Shown piece by piece: positions 48,346 to 57,471 of a DNA stretch of 64,000 nt (the stretch's first letter is position 1; each line of letters starts with the position of its first letter). The stretch is from Patescibacteria group bacterium. GTDB lineage: Bacteria; Patescibacteriota; Minisyncoccia; UBA6257; JACRHW01. The stretch lies in NCBI GenBank assembly GCA_028865725.1, contig JAGWJP010000001.1, positions 377,954 to 441,953 of the forward strand. The letters are read 5' to 3'. Below the pieces are notes generated by a model. The model saw nothing but the letters and a program-made list of their open reading frames with translations. It was not told where the DNA came from and ran no database searches. A program made the position numbers and the translations under genes.

Positions 48346-49545
48346 CTATTTCAGAATGCTGGTTACTACTCCGGCACCTACAGTTTTACCACCCTCACGG
48401 ATTGCGAAACGTTGTTTTTCTTCAAGTGCCACAGGAGAAATAAGTTTGACTTTAAATTTAATGCTATCACCCGGCATTACCATCTCTACTCCTTCCGGCA
48501 AGGTTACCTCACCTGTCACATCCGTTGTGCGAATATAGAACTGCGGTTTATAGCCTTTAAAGAATGGGGTATGCCGTCCTCCTTCTTCTTTCGTAAGGAT
48601 GAGAACCTCTGCCTCGAATTCTGTATGAGGAGTTACAGATCCTGGTTTTGCAAGCACCTGACCGCGCTCTACATCTTCTTTTTTAACACCGCGAAGAAGA
48701 ATACCGACATTATCGCCCGCACGCCCCTCATCAAGGGTCTTTTGGAACATTTCAACACCCGTGACGACTGTTTTCTGGGTAGGACGAAGACCAATAATCT
48801 CAACTTCTTCGTTTACTTTTACAATACCGCGCTCTACGCGTCCCGTGACTACGGTGCCACGTCCTTCAATCGTAAAGATATCTTCGATGGGCATCAAAAA
48901 TGGCTTGTCAGTAGGACGTACAGGCTCAGGAATATAAGAATCTAATGCATCCACGAGATCAAGAATAGGTTTGGTCGCAGGATCATCGAGCGAGGTTGCA
49001 TTTAATGCTTTTAACGCGGAACCACGAATAACCGGCACCTCGTCTCCAGGAAATTCATACTTGTTCAAAAGCTCGCGCACTTCTGTTTCGACGAGATCGA
49101 CAAGCTCTGGATCATCCACCATGTCCGCTTTATTCAAAAAGACCACAAGTGCGGGCACCCCTACTTGACGTGCAAGCAAAATATGCTCGCGAGTTTGCGG
49201 CATAGGGCCGTCCGCGGCAGATACCACAAGAATTGCGCCATCCATCTGCGCGGCGCCGGTAATCATGTTCTTGATATAGTCCGCGTGGCCTGGTGCATCA
49301 ATGTGTGCATAGTGGCGCTTTTCTGATTCGTACTCAGAGTGGTGCAAGGCAATCGTAATTCCGCGCGCCCTTTCTTCTGGTGCGTTGTCGATCTGATCAA
49401 CCGACTCTTCTTTTGCCACGAGTCCTTTAAGATGAAGGACGTGCGTGATTGCCGCCGTTAAGGTTGTTTTTCCATGGTCAACGTGACCAATGGTGCCCAC
49501 GTTGACGTGTGGCTTTGTGCGCTCAAATTTTGCTTTTTCTGCCAT
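48346..49545 (-). CDS. tuf: elongation factor Tu
   Basis: [25 protein letters not shown]. Confidence 0.99.
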   Translation of the reverse strand: MAEKAKFERTKPHVNVGTIGHVDHGKTTLTAAITHVLHLKGLVAKEESVDQIDNAPEERARGITIALHHSEYESEKRHYAHIDAPGHADYIKNMITGAAQMDGAILVVSAADGPMPQTREHILLARQVGVPALVVFLNKADMVDDPELVDLVETEVRELLNKYEFPGDEVPVIRGSALKALNATSLDDPATKPILDLVDALDSYIPEPVRPTDKPFLMPIEDIFTIEGRGTVVTGRVERGIVKVNEEVEIIGLRPTQKTVVTGVEMFQKTLDEGRAGDNVGILLRGVKKEDVERGQVLAKPGSVTPHTEFEAEVLILTKEEGGRHTPFFKGYKPQFYIRTTDVTGEVTLPEGVEMVMPGDSIKFKVKLISPVALEEKQRFAIREGGKTVGAGVVTSILK

Positions 49546-49628
49546 TGTGGTTGTAGTGTTGCGAATAAAAAGTAACGATGAGTTACTCTTGTATCCTTAA
49601 GTTACTCTTATTAATAGCTACCTGATTA

Positions 49629-49656
49629 AGTTTAGCGATATTTTAAATAATGTCAA
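49629..49656 (-). promoter_or_regulatory. sigma70-type promoter for tuf
   Basis: TTGACA-16-TAAACT. Confidence 0.65.
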
Positions 49657-49678
49657 GGCCTTATCATGTGTGAGGTAA

Positions 49679-49870
49679 TGAACCTCCCCGGGCTGACGCC
49701 CGGGGTTTCTTTGCGTACCTTCGGGGAGCCAAAGAAACACGGTCGCAAATAACCATTCGGTTATACTGAAGGCTTGCTGGAGGTGCTTTAGACCCTCTGT
49801 CCGCCCTGGGCGGACTCCGGACGGGGATGCATCCCCCACCCTTACGGGCAAGGTATTCATGCTTCCGGTT
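49679..49870 (-). mobile_element. non-autonomous IS200/IS605-like element / TnpB omegaRNA-like structured RNA
   Basis: GC-rich multi-hairpin segment ending GAAACCCCGGGCGTCAGCCCGGGGAGGTTCA, with a left-end-like hairpin CCTTGCCC-GTAA-GGGTGGGG; no transposase ORF. Confidence 0.55.
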
Positions 49871-49875
49871 CTTAT

Positions 49876-49905
49876 AAAAATCCGCACGCGAAGCGGTGCG
49901 GATTA
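49876..49905 (-). terminator. terminator of kinase gene
   Basis: AATCCGCAC...GTGCGGATT followed by a T run on the minus strand. Confidence 0.75.
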
Positions 49906-49926
49906 TGGAAACAACGACATAGGAGA

Positions 49927-51351
49927 TTACCAAATTTTTTGGGTAAGAACCTTCAATACTTTTGTACGAAACGGTACGCATGTTTCGGGTGGTTTCTGTA
50001 TTTCTTGAGGAACCGATACCATAAGCGATGCCTTCTCGCCTCGATCAATCCGCTCAATACCGTCCCGCGCCTCGAGAAGAATATCAATATTATTGTCCAC
50101 GCTATTTGGATTAGCGCACAAAAGCGCATTTTGAAATGTCTTGCGCGCGTGTTCTGTTTCTCCAAGCAGCTCTTCTATTAATCCGCGTGCGACGAAGAAA
50201 TAGAGAGGTGGAGTACAACCCTCTTTGATGCCTACATCCTTATACTCTAACAAATAAGTAATAGCCCCTTGGATTCTTTGCTTGAGCGTTTCTACTGTTA
50301 CGCGCGCGTGTTCTGGTACTCCATATACAGCTGCACTCACTGCTGCGGCAACCCAAACATTCGCAGGAGGAGAAAGTGCGACTGTTAATCGCAAAGGAGC
50401 TTGTCCGTGGCGGCCATACTCTAGAGAAATGTTCTGCCAAAAAAATCTAGTGCCAAACACGCGTTTCATGCTTTTGACAAAGCGTTGCCACTCTTCACGC
50501 GTAATTACTTTTTCCGTCTTCTTCAGAGAAGGGTGGTCCTCCCCGCGTGTGCGAATCGCCTCTTTCATTGCGTGGGCACTTTCATACCGCGCGGTTTTTT
50601 CAAGCTTGGTTGCGCGTACGATCACCGGCACGAGCGGAATCTGAAGCTTGTTGAGTTCTACGTGTGCCTCATCAAACGGAATTGGGTTTGCCCCCGTAAG
50701 AAGTATCTCCATGGTACGCCCAAGACAGTAGAGATCGCTCTGCGGTCCCGTAAAACCGCTGACGTGCTCAGGAGATGCAAATTCAATCGTCAAAACGCTC
50801 GTATGCTGAGTTCCCTTGCTCTTTCCTGCGCTGTAACACGCGATGCCGAAATCGATGAGCACAATGGTACCATCCTTCTTGCGCACAAGATTGCTCGGCT
50901 TAATATCCCGGTGGAGTACAATAGGCTTTTCATCGCGTGCAGTATGGAGATATTCAAGAATAGAAAGAACTTGAAGTGCCATATCGGCAACTTCATCGTC
51001 GGACAAGGTGCCTTTTTTCTCTAAAATTTCTTCAAGCGTTTCTCCTTCGATATATTCCATCACAATGCAATAGCGGTCTCGTTCCTCGTCATAAAACGAA
51101 TCGTAATATTTCGGAATACCTGGATGTTCTAATGTGCGAAGCAATTCACACTCGCGCGTCCATGTTCGCACAAGGTCAGCACGCGGGTCTTTGCCCTGCA
51201 CGCCATCAGACAATGTAATAGTTTTCAATACACATAGTCTGTTGTCCGTATTGCGTATCACAAGTATGGTATGCCCCATGCCGCCTTCACCCAGATGATG
51301 GACTTGCGCGTAGTTCGCAAAGCTTCCGTAAGCGTTTTCTTGTGTAGCCAC
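49927..51351 (-). CDS. Hanks-type Ser/Thr protein kinase with helical (TPR-like) C-terminus
   Basis: LGEGGMG, VLK, HRDIKPSN, IDFG, SPE, SDLY; SD AAGGAG. Confidence 0.92.
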   Translation of the reverse strand: MATQENAYGSFANYAQVHHLGEGGMGHTILVIRNTDNRLCVLKTITLSDGVQGKDPRADLVRTWTRECELLRTLEHPGIPKYYDSFYDEERDRYCIVMEYIEGETLEEILEKKGTLSDDEVADMALQVLSILEYLHTARDEKPIVLHRDIKPSNLVRKKDGTIVLIDFGIACYSAGKSKGTQHTSVLTIEFASPEHVSGFTGPQSDLYCLGRTMEILLTGANPIPFDEAHVELNKLQIPLVPVIVRATKLEKTARYESAHAMKEAIRTRGEDHPSLKKTEKVITREEWQRFVKSMKRVFGTRFFWQNISLEYGRHGQAPLRLTVALSPPANVWVAAAVSAAVYGVPEHARVTVETLKQRIQGAITYLLEYKDVGIKEGCTPPLYFFVARGLIEELLGETEHARKTFQNALLCANPNSVDNNIDILLEARDGIERIDRGEKASLMVSVPQEIQKPPETCVPFRTKVLKVLTQKIW

Positions 51352-51389
51352 GCCTATCTCTCCTTTTCATTGTGGAATGAACTGCGATA

Positions 51390-51418
51390 AGTATAACACA
51401 AGATAAGTAGGAAGTCAA
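51390..51418 (-). promoter_or_regulatory. promoter of kinase gene
   Basis: TTGACT-17-TATACT with extended TG. Confidence 0.7.
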
Positions 51419-51458
51419 AATTGTTCTTTTATGAGAATCTTGTGGTACAGATAAAAAC

Positions 51459-51830
51459 ATGGTACGTTTGATGGGAACTACTGGGCACTGGAGGCAACGA
51501 ATGCACAGTAAGAGCGAATTGGGTGCAGGAGTAATATTGCTCAGCATGCTTGCCTTGCCGCACAGTCACCCCGACTATGACATCGCCCTGCTGCGGAGGA
51601 GATTCTATGAATGGGAACGTACGATGATCACCCTTGGTTGCATTAAGTACTGGCGCGGGGAGGTCTCCGAGCCTATTGCTCCGCATGCGTGGACAAAACT
51701 GCTTCTTGAGGTATTTTGGAATGAAACCGTGCGGGAACTCCCCGTGCTTGATCGCGCGCATCTCCCCACCGCTGAACTTGCATGCATCAAAGACGCGCTT
51801 TTTGATTCTATATTAAGACGAGACAGTTAG
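51459..51830 (+). CDS. hypothetical protein
   Basis: 123 aa ORF followed by a terminator hairpin. Confidence 0.5.
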   Translation: MVRLMGTTGHWRQRMHSKSELGAGVILLSMLALPHSHPDYDIALLRRRFYEWERTMITLGCIKYWRGEVSEPIAPHAWTKLLLEVFWNETVRELPVLDRAHLPTAELACIKDALFDSILRRDS

Positions 51831-51849
51831 CTCTTACGAAGCCTCAAGT

Positions 51850-51882
51850 AAAAAAAGCCGCCCCATACAGGGCGGTGTTTTT
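51850..51882. terminator. bidirectional terminator
   Basis: A7-GCCGCCC...GGGCGGT-GT5. Confidence 0.75.
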
Positions 51883-51893
51883 AATGTATCCTC

Positions 51894-52073
51894 TTACTCT
51901 GTCCAAACGAGTTCTTCGCTGTCGTCCGTGCGTCTCCCCCACCGTGTACGCCCCTTATCAGAATGTTCGCAATCGATCAATCCCTTTTCTAAAAGTTCCT
52001 GAAACTCTGTGGGTTTGACATATTCTCCGCTTTTTCCCATTTTCAGTTCATCCAGCATCATTTCACGGTTCAC
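51894..52073 (-). CDS. 59-aa small protein (not in ORF track)
   Basis: GTG start with SD AAGGAGGG; MNREMMLDELKMGKSGEYVKPTEFQELLEKGLIDCEHSDKGRTRWGRRTDDSEELVWTE; ends just before the terminator. Confidence 0.6.
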   Translation of the reverse strand: MNREMMLDELKMGKSGEYVKPTEFQELLEKGLIDCEHSDKGRTRWGRRTDDSEELVWTE

Positions 52074-52263
52074 TCTTTTTCCCTCCTTTGGTTTGTATGT
52101 GCCTACGGTAGCTCGACAATTTTTTCGATACGCCCTTCTGCCTCAAGAATAGCAACCTTTTTCCCGTTTTGATATGTCACTTCAGCAGGAAATCCATATT
52201 GGATTGATGCACACAGGATGAACGCGCACCACAAAAATAGCACATCACGTGCTATTTTGTCAA

Positions 52264-52488
52264 TTATCGGTAGGGGAGGTCATCGAGAGAAAGCTTATCG
52301 GAGGGAGCAGGCTGCGGAGACAGCGCGCGTTGCTCAGGAAGACTGCGAAGAACATCGATCGCATGCAGCATTTTTTCATACTCCCGCCAGCTTAATACAA
52401 TGAATTCCGGATCGCCCGCCCCATCAAGCACAACCGCTTTTCCGCTGCCATACTCCAAAATCTTTTTAATCTTCGCGAAAGTATCCAC
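52264..52488 (-). CDS. small Phd/YefM-like protein with acidic C-terminal tip
   Basis: AVVL..GDPEFIVLSWREYEKML; ends DDLPYR; GTG start chosen downstream of the spacer repeats. Confidence 0.6.
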   Translation of the reverse strand: MDTFAKIKKILEYGSGKAVVLDGAGDPEFIVLSWREYEKMLHAIDVLRSLPEQRALSPQPAPSDKLSLDDLPYR

Positions 52489-52604
52489 AAATTTAATATA
52501 CGTAATAATACGAATCAACACGAATGCGCGCAAGAAAAGTGAGAAGATTGCAAAATTCGTTTCTCGTATTCGTAGTCAGTCGTATCATTCGTATAGTGGT
52601 ATCT

Positions 52605-54731
52605 TTATAATTTTTTTCCAGAAATAATCTGTTCCGCTACGCTTTTAGGCGCTTCCTCGTAACTCCCAAACTCCATGGTAAACGTACCCCTTCCCTCGGT
52701 CATAGAACGAAGTTTCGTGGCATAACCAAACATTTCAGAGAGCGGAACCTTGGCATCAATGACCTTAATGTTCATCCTATCTTCAATAGATTCAATTCTT
52801 CCTCGTTTTGCATTGAGATCTCCCGTAACATCTCCAAGAAATTTAACAGGTACCGTAACTTGAATTTTCATAATAGGCTCAAGGATCACAACCCCCGCAC
52901 GTTTTGCGGCCTCTTGGAATGCCATAGAACCTGCGATTTTGAATGCTGCTTCTGAAGAATCAACTTCGTGGAATGAACCGTCATAGAGGGTTACTGCCAC
53001 ATCCACGACTGGATACCCCGCCACGACGCCTTTTGCAATAGATTCTTTGATACCTTTTTCCGCCGCGGGAATGAACTCCTGGGGAATAGCGCCTCCTTTG
53101 ATGGCGTTCACAAACTCAAAACCCTTCCCCCGCTCAAGCGGTGCAATGCGAATACGCACATGACCATACTGACCCTTTCCTCCCGACTGGCGAATATATT
53201 TTCCTTCTGCTTCTGCCTCTCCTCTGATCGCTTCTTTGTAGGCAACTTGAGGACGTCCCACATTTGCTTCCACTTTAAACTCGCGAAACATACGATCCAC
53301 GATAATCTCAAGATGGAGCTCACCCATTCCATAAATCAGAGTTTCGTTAGTATCAGGATCGCTCTTAATACGAAAGGTGGGGTCTTCTTGAGCAAGACGA
53401 CGCAATGCGATTCCCATTTTTTCCTGATCAGCTTTTGTTTTAGGTTCGATACGCACGGAGATAACAGGTTCGGGGAATATAATTTTTTCTAATACAATGG
53501 GCGCATCAGGATCACACAATGTATCTCCGGTAATCGTTTCTTTAAGCCCCACAACTGCCCCAAGGTCACCTGCATACATCTCCTCAATTTCTTCACGATG
53601 GTTGGCGTGCATGCGCACCAAGCGCCCCACGCGTTCTGTTTCTCCCTTTGTTGAGTTCAGTACGTAGGTACCGCGTTTCAACACTCCGGAGTAGACACGC
53701 ACGAAAATAAGACTTCCAATGAAAGGATCTGTTGCAATTTTGAATGCAAGTGCTGAAAGAGGCTCCTCATCGCTTGGATGACGCTCGCTTTCACCGCCAG
53801 TCTTTGGGTCCTCCCCCTTAATGGCCGGGATATCCGATGGCGCAGGAAGATAATCAATGACTGCATCGAGTACAAGCTGGACTCCTTTATTTTTGAGAGC
53901 AGAACCGCACAATACCGGAACAATAGTACCTGCAATAGTTGCTTTCCTCAATGCGCTACGCAACTCATTTTCACTAATTTCTTTTCCTTCTAAATACTTG
54001 GTGAGCAGGGCATCATCTTGTTCTACAATTTTTTCGATAAGATTATGACGATGTGTTTCTGCTTCTGCAGAAAGTGATGCAGGAATTTCTGAAATGGTAA
54101 TGCGTTCTCCATGCTCCCCTTCAAATCCTACTGCTTTCATGCGAATAAGATCTACCACGCCGCTAAAATCCGCTTCCAAGCCAATCGGCAACGAAATAGG
54201 TACCGCGTGTGGCGTAAGGCGCTCATGAATAGACTGAAGAGAATGCTCAAAGCTTGCCCCCATACGATCAAGTTTGTTGATAAAGCAAATACGCGGCACA
54301 TGATACTTGTCTGCTTGGCGCCATACGGTTTCCGATTGAGGCTCTACTCCCGCCACCCCATCGAACACCACAACACCACCATCCAATACGCGCAACGATC
54401 GTTCTACCTCTACAGTAAAATCAACGTGACCCGGCGTATCGATAATATTAATGCGATGTTCATGTTCTTTTTTTATCTTTTCAAGATCCGCGGCGCCCTC
54501 CTTAAGATATGAGGGTGTCCAAAAACACGTCGTCGCTGCAGCGGTAATCGTAATACCGCGCTCCTGCTCCTGTTCCATCCAGTCCATCACGGCGGCCCCT
54601 TCGTGTACCTCACCAATTTTGTGTGAAATACCCGTATAGAACAAAACACGCTCGGAAACAGTTGTTTTTCCTGCGTCGATATGTGCAATAATGCCGATAT
54701 TTCTATATTTCTCTAAAGGATATTGTCTCAT
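52605..54731 (-). CDS. fusA: elongation factor G
   Basis: [33 protein letters not shown]. Confidence 0.99.
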   Translation of the reverse strand: MRQYPLEKYRNIGIIAHIDAGKTTVSERVLFYTGISHKIGEVHEGAAVMDWMEQEQERGITITAAATTCFWTPSYLKEGAADLEKIKKEHEHRINIIDTPGHVDFTVEVERSLRVLDGGVVVFDGVAGVEPQSETVWRQADKYHVPRICFINKLDRMGASFEHSLQSIHERLTPHAVPISLPIGLEADFSGVVDLIRMKAVGFEGEHGERITISEIPASLSAEAETHRHNLIEKIVEQDDALLTKYLEGKEISENELRSALRKATIAGTIVPVLCGSALKNKGVQLVLDAVIDYLPAPSDIPAIKGEDPKTGGESERHPSDEEPLSALAFKIATDPFIGSLIFVRVYSGVLKRGTYVLNSTKGETERVGRLVRMHANHREEIEEMYAGDLGAVVGLKETITGDTLCDPDAPIVLEKIIFPEPVISVRIEPKTKADQEKMGIALRRLAQEDPTFRIKSDPDTNETLIYGMGELHLEIIVDRMFREFKVEANVGRPQVAYKEAIRGEAEAEGKYIRQSGGKGQYGHVRIRIAPLERGKGFEFVNAIKGGAIPQEFIPAAEKGIKESIAKGVVAGYPVVDVAVTLYDGSFHEVDSSEAAFKIAGSMAFQEAAKRAGVVILEPIMKIQVTVPVKFLGDVTGDLNAKRGRIESIEDRMNIKVIDAKVPLSEMFGYATKLRSMTEGRGTFTMEFGSYEEAPKSVAEQIISGKKL

Positions 54732-54733
54732 AA

Positions 54734-54803
54734 AAGAAAACAGAACTTAGTAAACAGAAAATAGATTCTCGCTATATTCTGCTTTCTAGTTTCTCCTTAC
54801 TAA
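54734..54803. repeat. mirrored heptamer-period repeat
   Basis: AG every 7 nt five times, then CT every 7 nt five times. Confidence 0.75.
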
Positions 54804-54806
54804 GTC

Positions 54807-55274
54807 TTACCATTTAAAGTGCGCGAATGCCTTATTAGCCTCTGCCATACGATGCATATCGCTGCGCTTTTTCATTGCCGCACCTTCTTTTTGTGTCGCT
54901 AAAATAAGTTCTTCGGCCAAGCGTTCCTTCATTGGTTTTCCGCTTTTTGATTGTGCGGCTCCAATAAGCCAGCGCAATGCGAGTGCAAATCTGCGCGTGG
55001 GACGCACTTCGCGGGGTACTTGATAGTTTGCTCCACCTACACGGCGCGATGCCACCTCAACAGTAGGAGAAACATTTTCAATCGCGGTTTTTAATGCTTC
55101 CGCGGGGTTTAGTTTGGTGCGCTCTTCTACCAAAAGGAGAGCATCATACATAATCTTTTCTGCTGCCGCTTTTCTCCCATCGGACATGAGTTTATTCACG
55201 AATCGAGTTACCTCTACGCTGTCATAGACCGCATCCGGCTCAAACTCTCTGGTATATTTTCTTTTTCTTCTCAT
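54807..55274 (-). CDS. rpsG: 30S ribosomal protein S7
   Basis: SRRVGGANYQVP, HRMAEANKAFAH. Confidence 0.98.
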   Translation of the reverse strand: MRRKRKYTREFEPDAVYDSVEVTRFVNKLMSDGRKAAAEKIMYDALLLVEERTKLNPAEALKTAIENVSPTVEVASRRVGGANYQVPREVRPTRRFALALRWLIGAAQSKSGKPMKERLAEELILATQKEGAAMKKRSDMHRMAEANKAFAHFKW

Positions 55275-55280
55275 TTTTTT

Positions 55281-55349
55281 TAGAGGGTAGAGATTAGTAC
55301 ATAGAAAACAAGATATTTTTTGTTTCTGTTTTATATGTTCTAAATTCCG
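55281..55349. repeat. mirrored heptamer-period repeat
   Basis: TAGAGGG TAGAGAT TAGTACA TAGAAAA, then TTCTG/TTATA/TTCTA/TTCCG at 7-nt spacing. Confidence 0.65.
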
Positions 55350-55355
55350 TTTAAA

Positions 55356-55775
55356 TTATTTTTCTTTTTTAGGTGCCTTAGCACCATATTTCGATCGTTG
55401 TTGTTTTCTGTTTTGCACCCCGCTCGTATCAAGCTTGCCACGTATAATATGATAGCGCACTCCGGGCAAATCTTTTACCTTTCCTCCACGGATCAATACC
55501 ACCGAATGTTCCTGTAAATTATGTCCTTCTCCGGGAATATAGGCAGTTACCTCCATCCCGTTTGTTAAACGTACACGGGCAATTTTACGCATTGCGGAGT
55601 TTGGTTTTTTTGGAGTTGTCGTTGTCACCTTAATGCACACGCCTCGCTTGAATGGAGATGAGGCCATGACTGGTTTATTTTTGAGAGAATTAAAACGAGA
55701 ATCAAGCGCAGGCGCTTTTACTTTTTTGGCGATACGTTTTCGTCCTCGTTTAACGAGTTGATTGATTGTAGGCAT
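55356..55775 (-). CDS. rpsL: 30S ribosomal protein S12
   Basis: [31 protein letters not shown]. Confidence 0.99.
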   Translation of the reverse strand: MPTINQLVKRGRKRIAKKVKAPALDSRFNSLKNKPVMASSPFKRGVCIKVTTTTPKKPNSAMRKIARVRLTNGMEVTAYIPGEGHNLQEHSVVLIRGGKVKDLPGVRYHIIRGKLDTSGVQNRKQQRSKYGAKAPKKEK

Positions 55776-55778
55776 TGG

Positions 55779-55799
55779 TTTAGAGTTTAGAGTTTAGAG
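55779..55799. repeat. (TTTAGAG)3 tandem repeat in rpsL leader
   Basis: Three perfect heptamers. Confidence 0.8.
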
Positions 55800-55861
55800 A
55801 CCGCAAACATGCATATTTCTCTACTCATAAAATTCAATAGTAAAGTCGTTATCGGTACTAT

Positions 55862-55890
55862 AATGTAACAAAGTTATTTTAAAACGTCAA
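55862..55890 (-). promoter_or_regulatory. str operon promoter
   Basis: TTGACG-17-TACATT. Confidence 0.6.
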
Positions 55891-55987
55891 CATAAGGATA
55901 GATTTCTGTCCGGAAACTCCCTCTCCCGCTTTCTTATGCTACCTGAACACATTAAAAAATAGAAATCGTCTAGAATTTTCCAGACGA

Positions 55988-56413
55988 TTATTTTTTATTT
56001 AGTTTCCTCTCGTGATTCTTTGGTGCCACAGGGTTGCCCTCGCGATCGAACTCACAAATAAGTTTAAGTTTGAATGAAAGTGTGGGCGCCTCACCCCCAT
56101 GAAGAGAACCACACAGGATCCCTTCGTAATCAATTACTCGGTACAGCCGGACAAGGCAAGGAGCCGGATTCATGGCGCATTTGTTTTGCGCCTGCGCAAT
56201 ACGCTTCAAATCATTCAAAATGTCTCGTAGGATGCTTTTATCTGTGTGAGGATCCACGAGACACTCTAACTCTCGTTCATACCGCTGCCCTTCGCGTCCC
56301 TCAACGGTTGTGGTTGCGATCTCTGTATTGCAATGATCCCACGTCCATTGAGATTCTAATACATAAATCGCATAGGATGGCACCATAACAACGTCTCCCT
56401 CGACACCGTCCAA
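55988..56413 (-). CDS. hypothetical protein
   Basis: 141 aa ORF with a hairpin at its 3' end. Confidence 0.5.
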   Translation of the reverse strand: MDGVEGDVVMVPSYAIYVLESQWTWDHCNTEIATTTVEGREGQRYERELECLVDPHTDKSILRDILNDLKRIAQAQNKCAMNPAPCLVRLYRVIDYEGILCGSLHGGEAPTLSFKLKLICEFDREGNPVAPKNHERKLNKK

Positions 56414-56613
56414 CCCATGCGATATTAACAGTTACCGACTACCACGTCAAACCTTCGTGTAAAGTCTCAATGCGTCACAATAAAGCGGCTTACTCGAATG
56501 CCATTTTAGGTGCTCGTTTTATACAAGCTATCATATATCAAATACTAGATACGCATTTCGCGTGGTTGTATTTTCTGTTCACTCAGTTACACTTAGTACA
56601 TAATGATAACCTT

Positions 56614-57471
56614 ATGGCCAGAGAATCTATTAATTTTCACAACAATAGAGAAGAACCTTCCACGTCATACTTATACGCCCCCTTTCTTCCTCGCGAAAAA
56701 CAGGGCGTATTTAACGAGCTTTCACAAAATCTTGGGATGATTGTAGACCATCTCCATACCCTGCCCGGATCGTGCTATCATATGGTCGAAACAGAAGAGG
56801 GGGCGATAAAAGGTTCTGATCCGCTTATTGTGATACCTGAAGACGTTGAAGGCCAAATAAGACGTTTGCGTACTGAAGGCGAAATAGTATTGCGCGGCGA
56901 ATCCTCACTACGCATTGAACACATCCCAAGTGCGCCCGCCTTCGAATCCCTGCTACGCGAATGGGTCCGCGTAATAACCGAGCACCTCGAAAGCCATAAT
57001 GATTTTGAACTTGTCTTTGGTGAAAAACTCACAAACGCCATGTGGCACGGCAATGAATATCGCAATGATAAATACATAACGATTGAACTAATGCTTGATC
57101 ATGCGAAAAAAACCATTACGGCAAAAATCATGGATGAAGGCGATACGCTTATCAAGGATATCATTCGCATCCAGACGCACGAAGATGCTACCCAAGCAGA
57201 ACAGCTTCTTTCTCATGAACGAGGCGATGAAATCACACGCGGCTTAGCAGAAGAATACAATCTCGCCCCGCATGAGGTAGAAGAGTACGCGGGAATATGG
57301 CGACATGTCTCAACGGGAGCCACCCACCAGATACCAGTATCTACTCCCGATGCAAGAGATAAAGTGGTCCATGCCGATGCAGAAACCGCAATATCTCGTA
57401 ATCCGGATTATAAAAAAATAGGGACAGTGGTAATACTTCACTGGCCTTATGAAAAACCCGCTGCTGCATAG
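56614..57471 (+). CDS. GHKL/HATPase_c (RsbW-like) domain protein
   Basis: EKLTNAMWHGN N-box, IMDEG G1 box, degenerate ERG. Confidence 0.6.
   Translation: MARESINFHNNREEPSTSYLYAPFLPREKQGVFNELSQNLGMIVDHLHTLPGSCYHMVETEEGAIKGSDPLIVIPEDVEGQIRRLRTEGEIVLRGESSLRIEHIPSAPAFESLLREWVRVITEHLESHNDFELVFGEKLTNAMWHGNEYRNDKYITIELMLDHAKKTITAKIMDEGDTLIKDIIRIQTHEDATQAEQLLSHERGDEITRGLAEEYNLAPHEVEEYAGIWRHVSTGATHQIPVSTPDARDKVVHADAETAISRNPDYKKIGTVVILHWPYEKPAAA

Noticed and set aside
49679-49870. HEARO/IscB omegaRNA or SRP RNA on the plus strand
   Set aside because: The first hairpin is similar, but the downstream HEARO core and the SRP helix-8 motif were not recognisable, and wobble pairs favour the minus strand.
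49618-49981. 89-aa and 105-aa ORFs as TnpB/TnpA remnants
   Set aside because: No RuvC, Zn-finger or HUH motifs; they run through a terminator or promoter and the hairpins.
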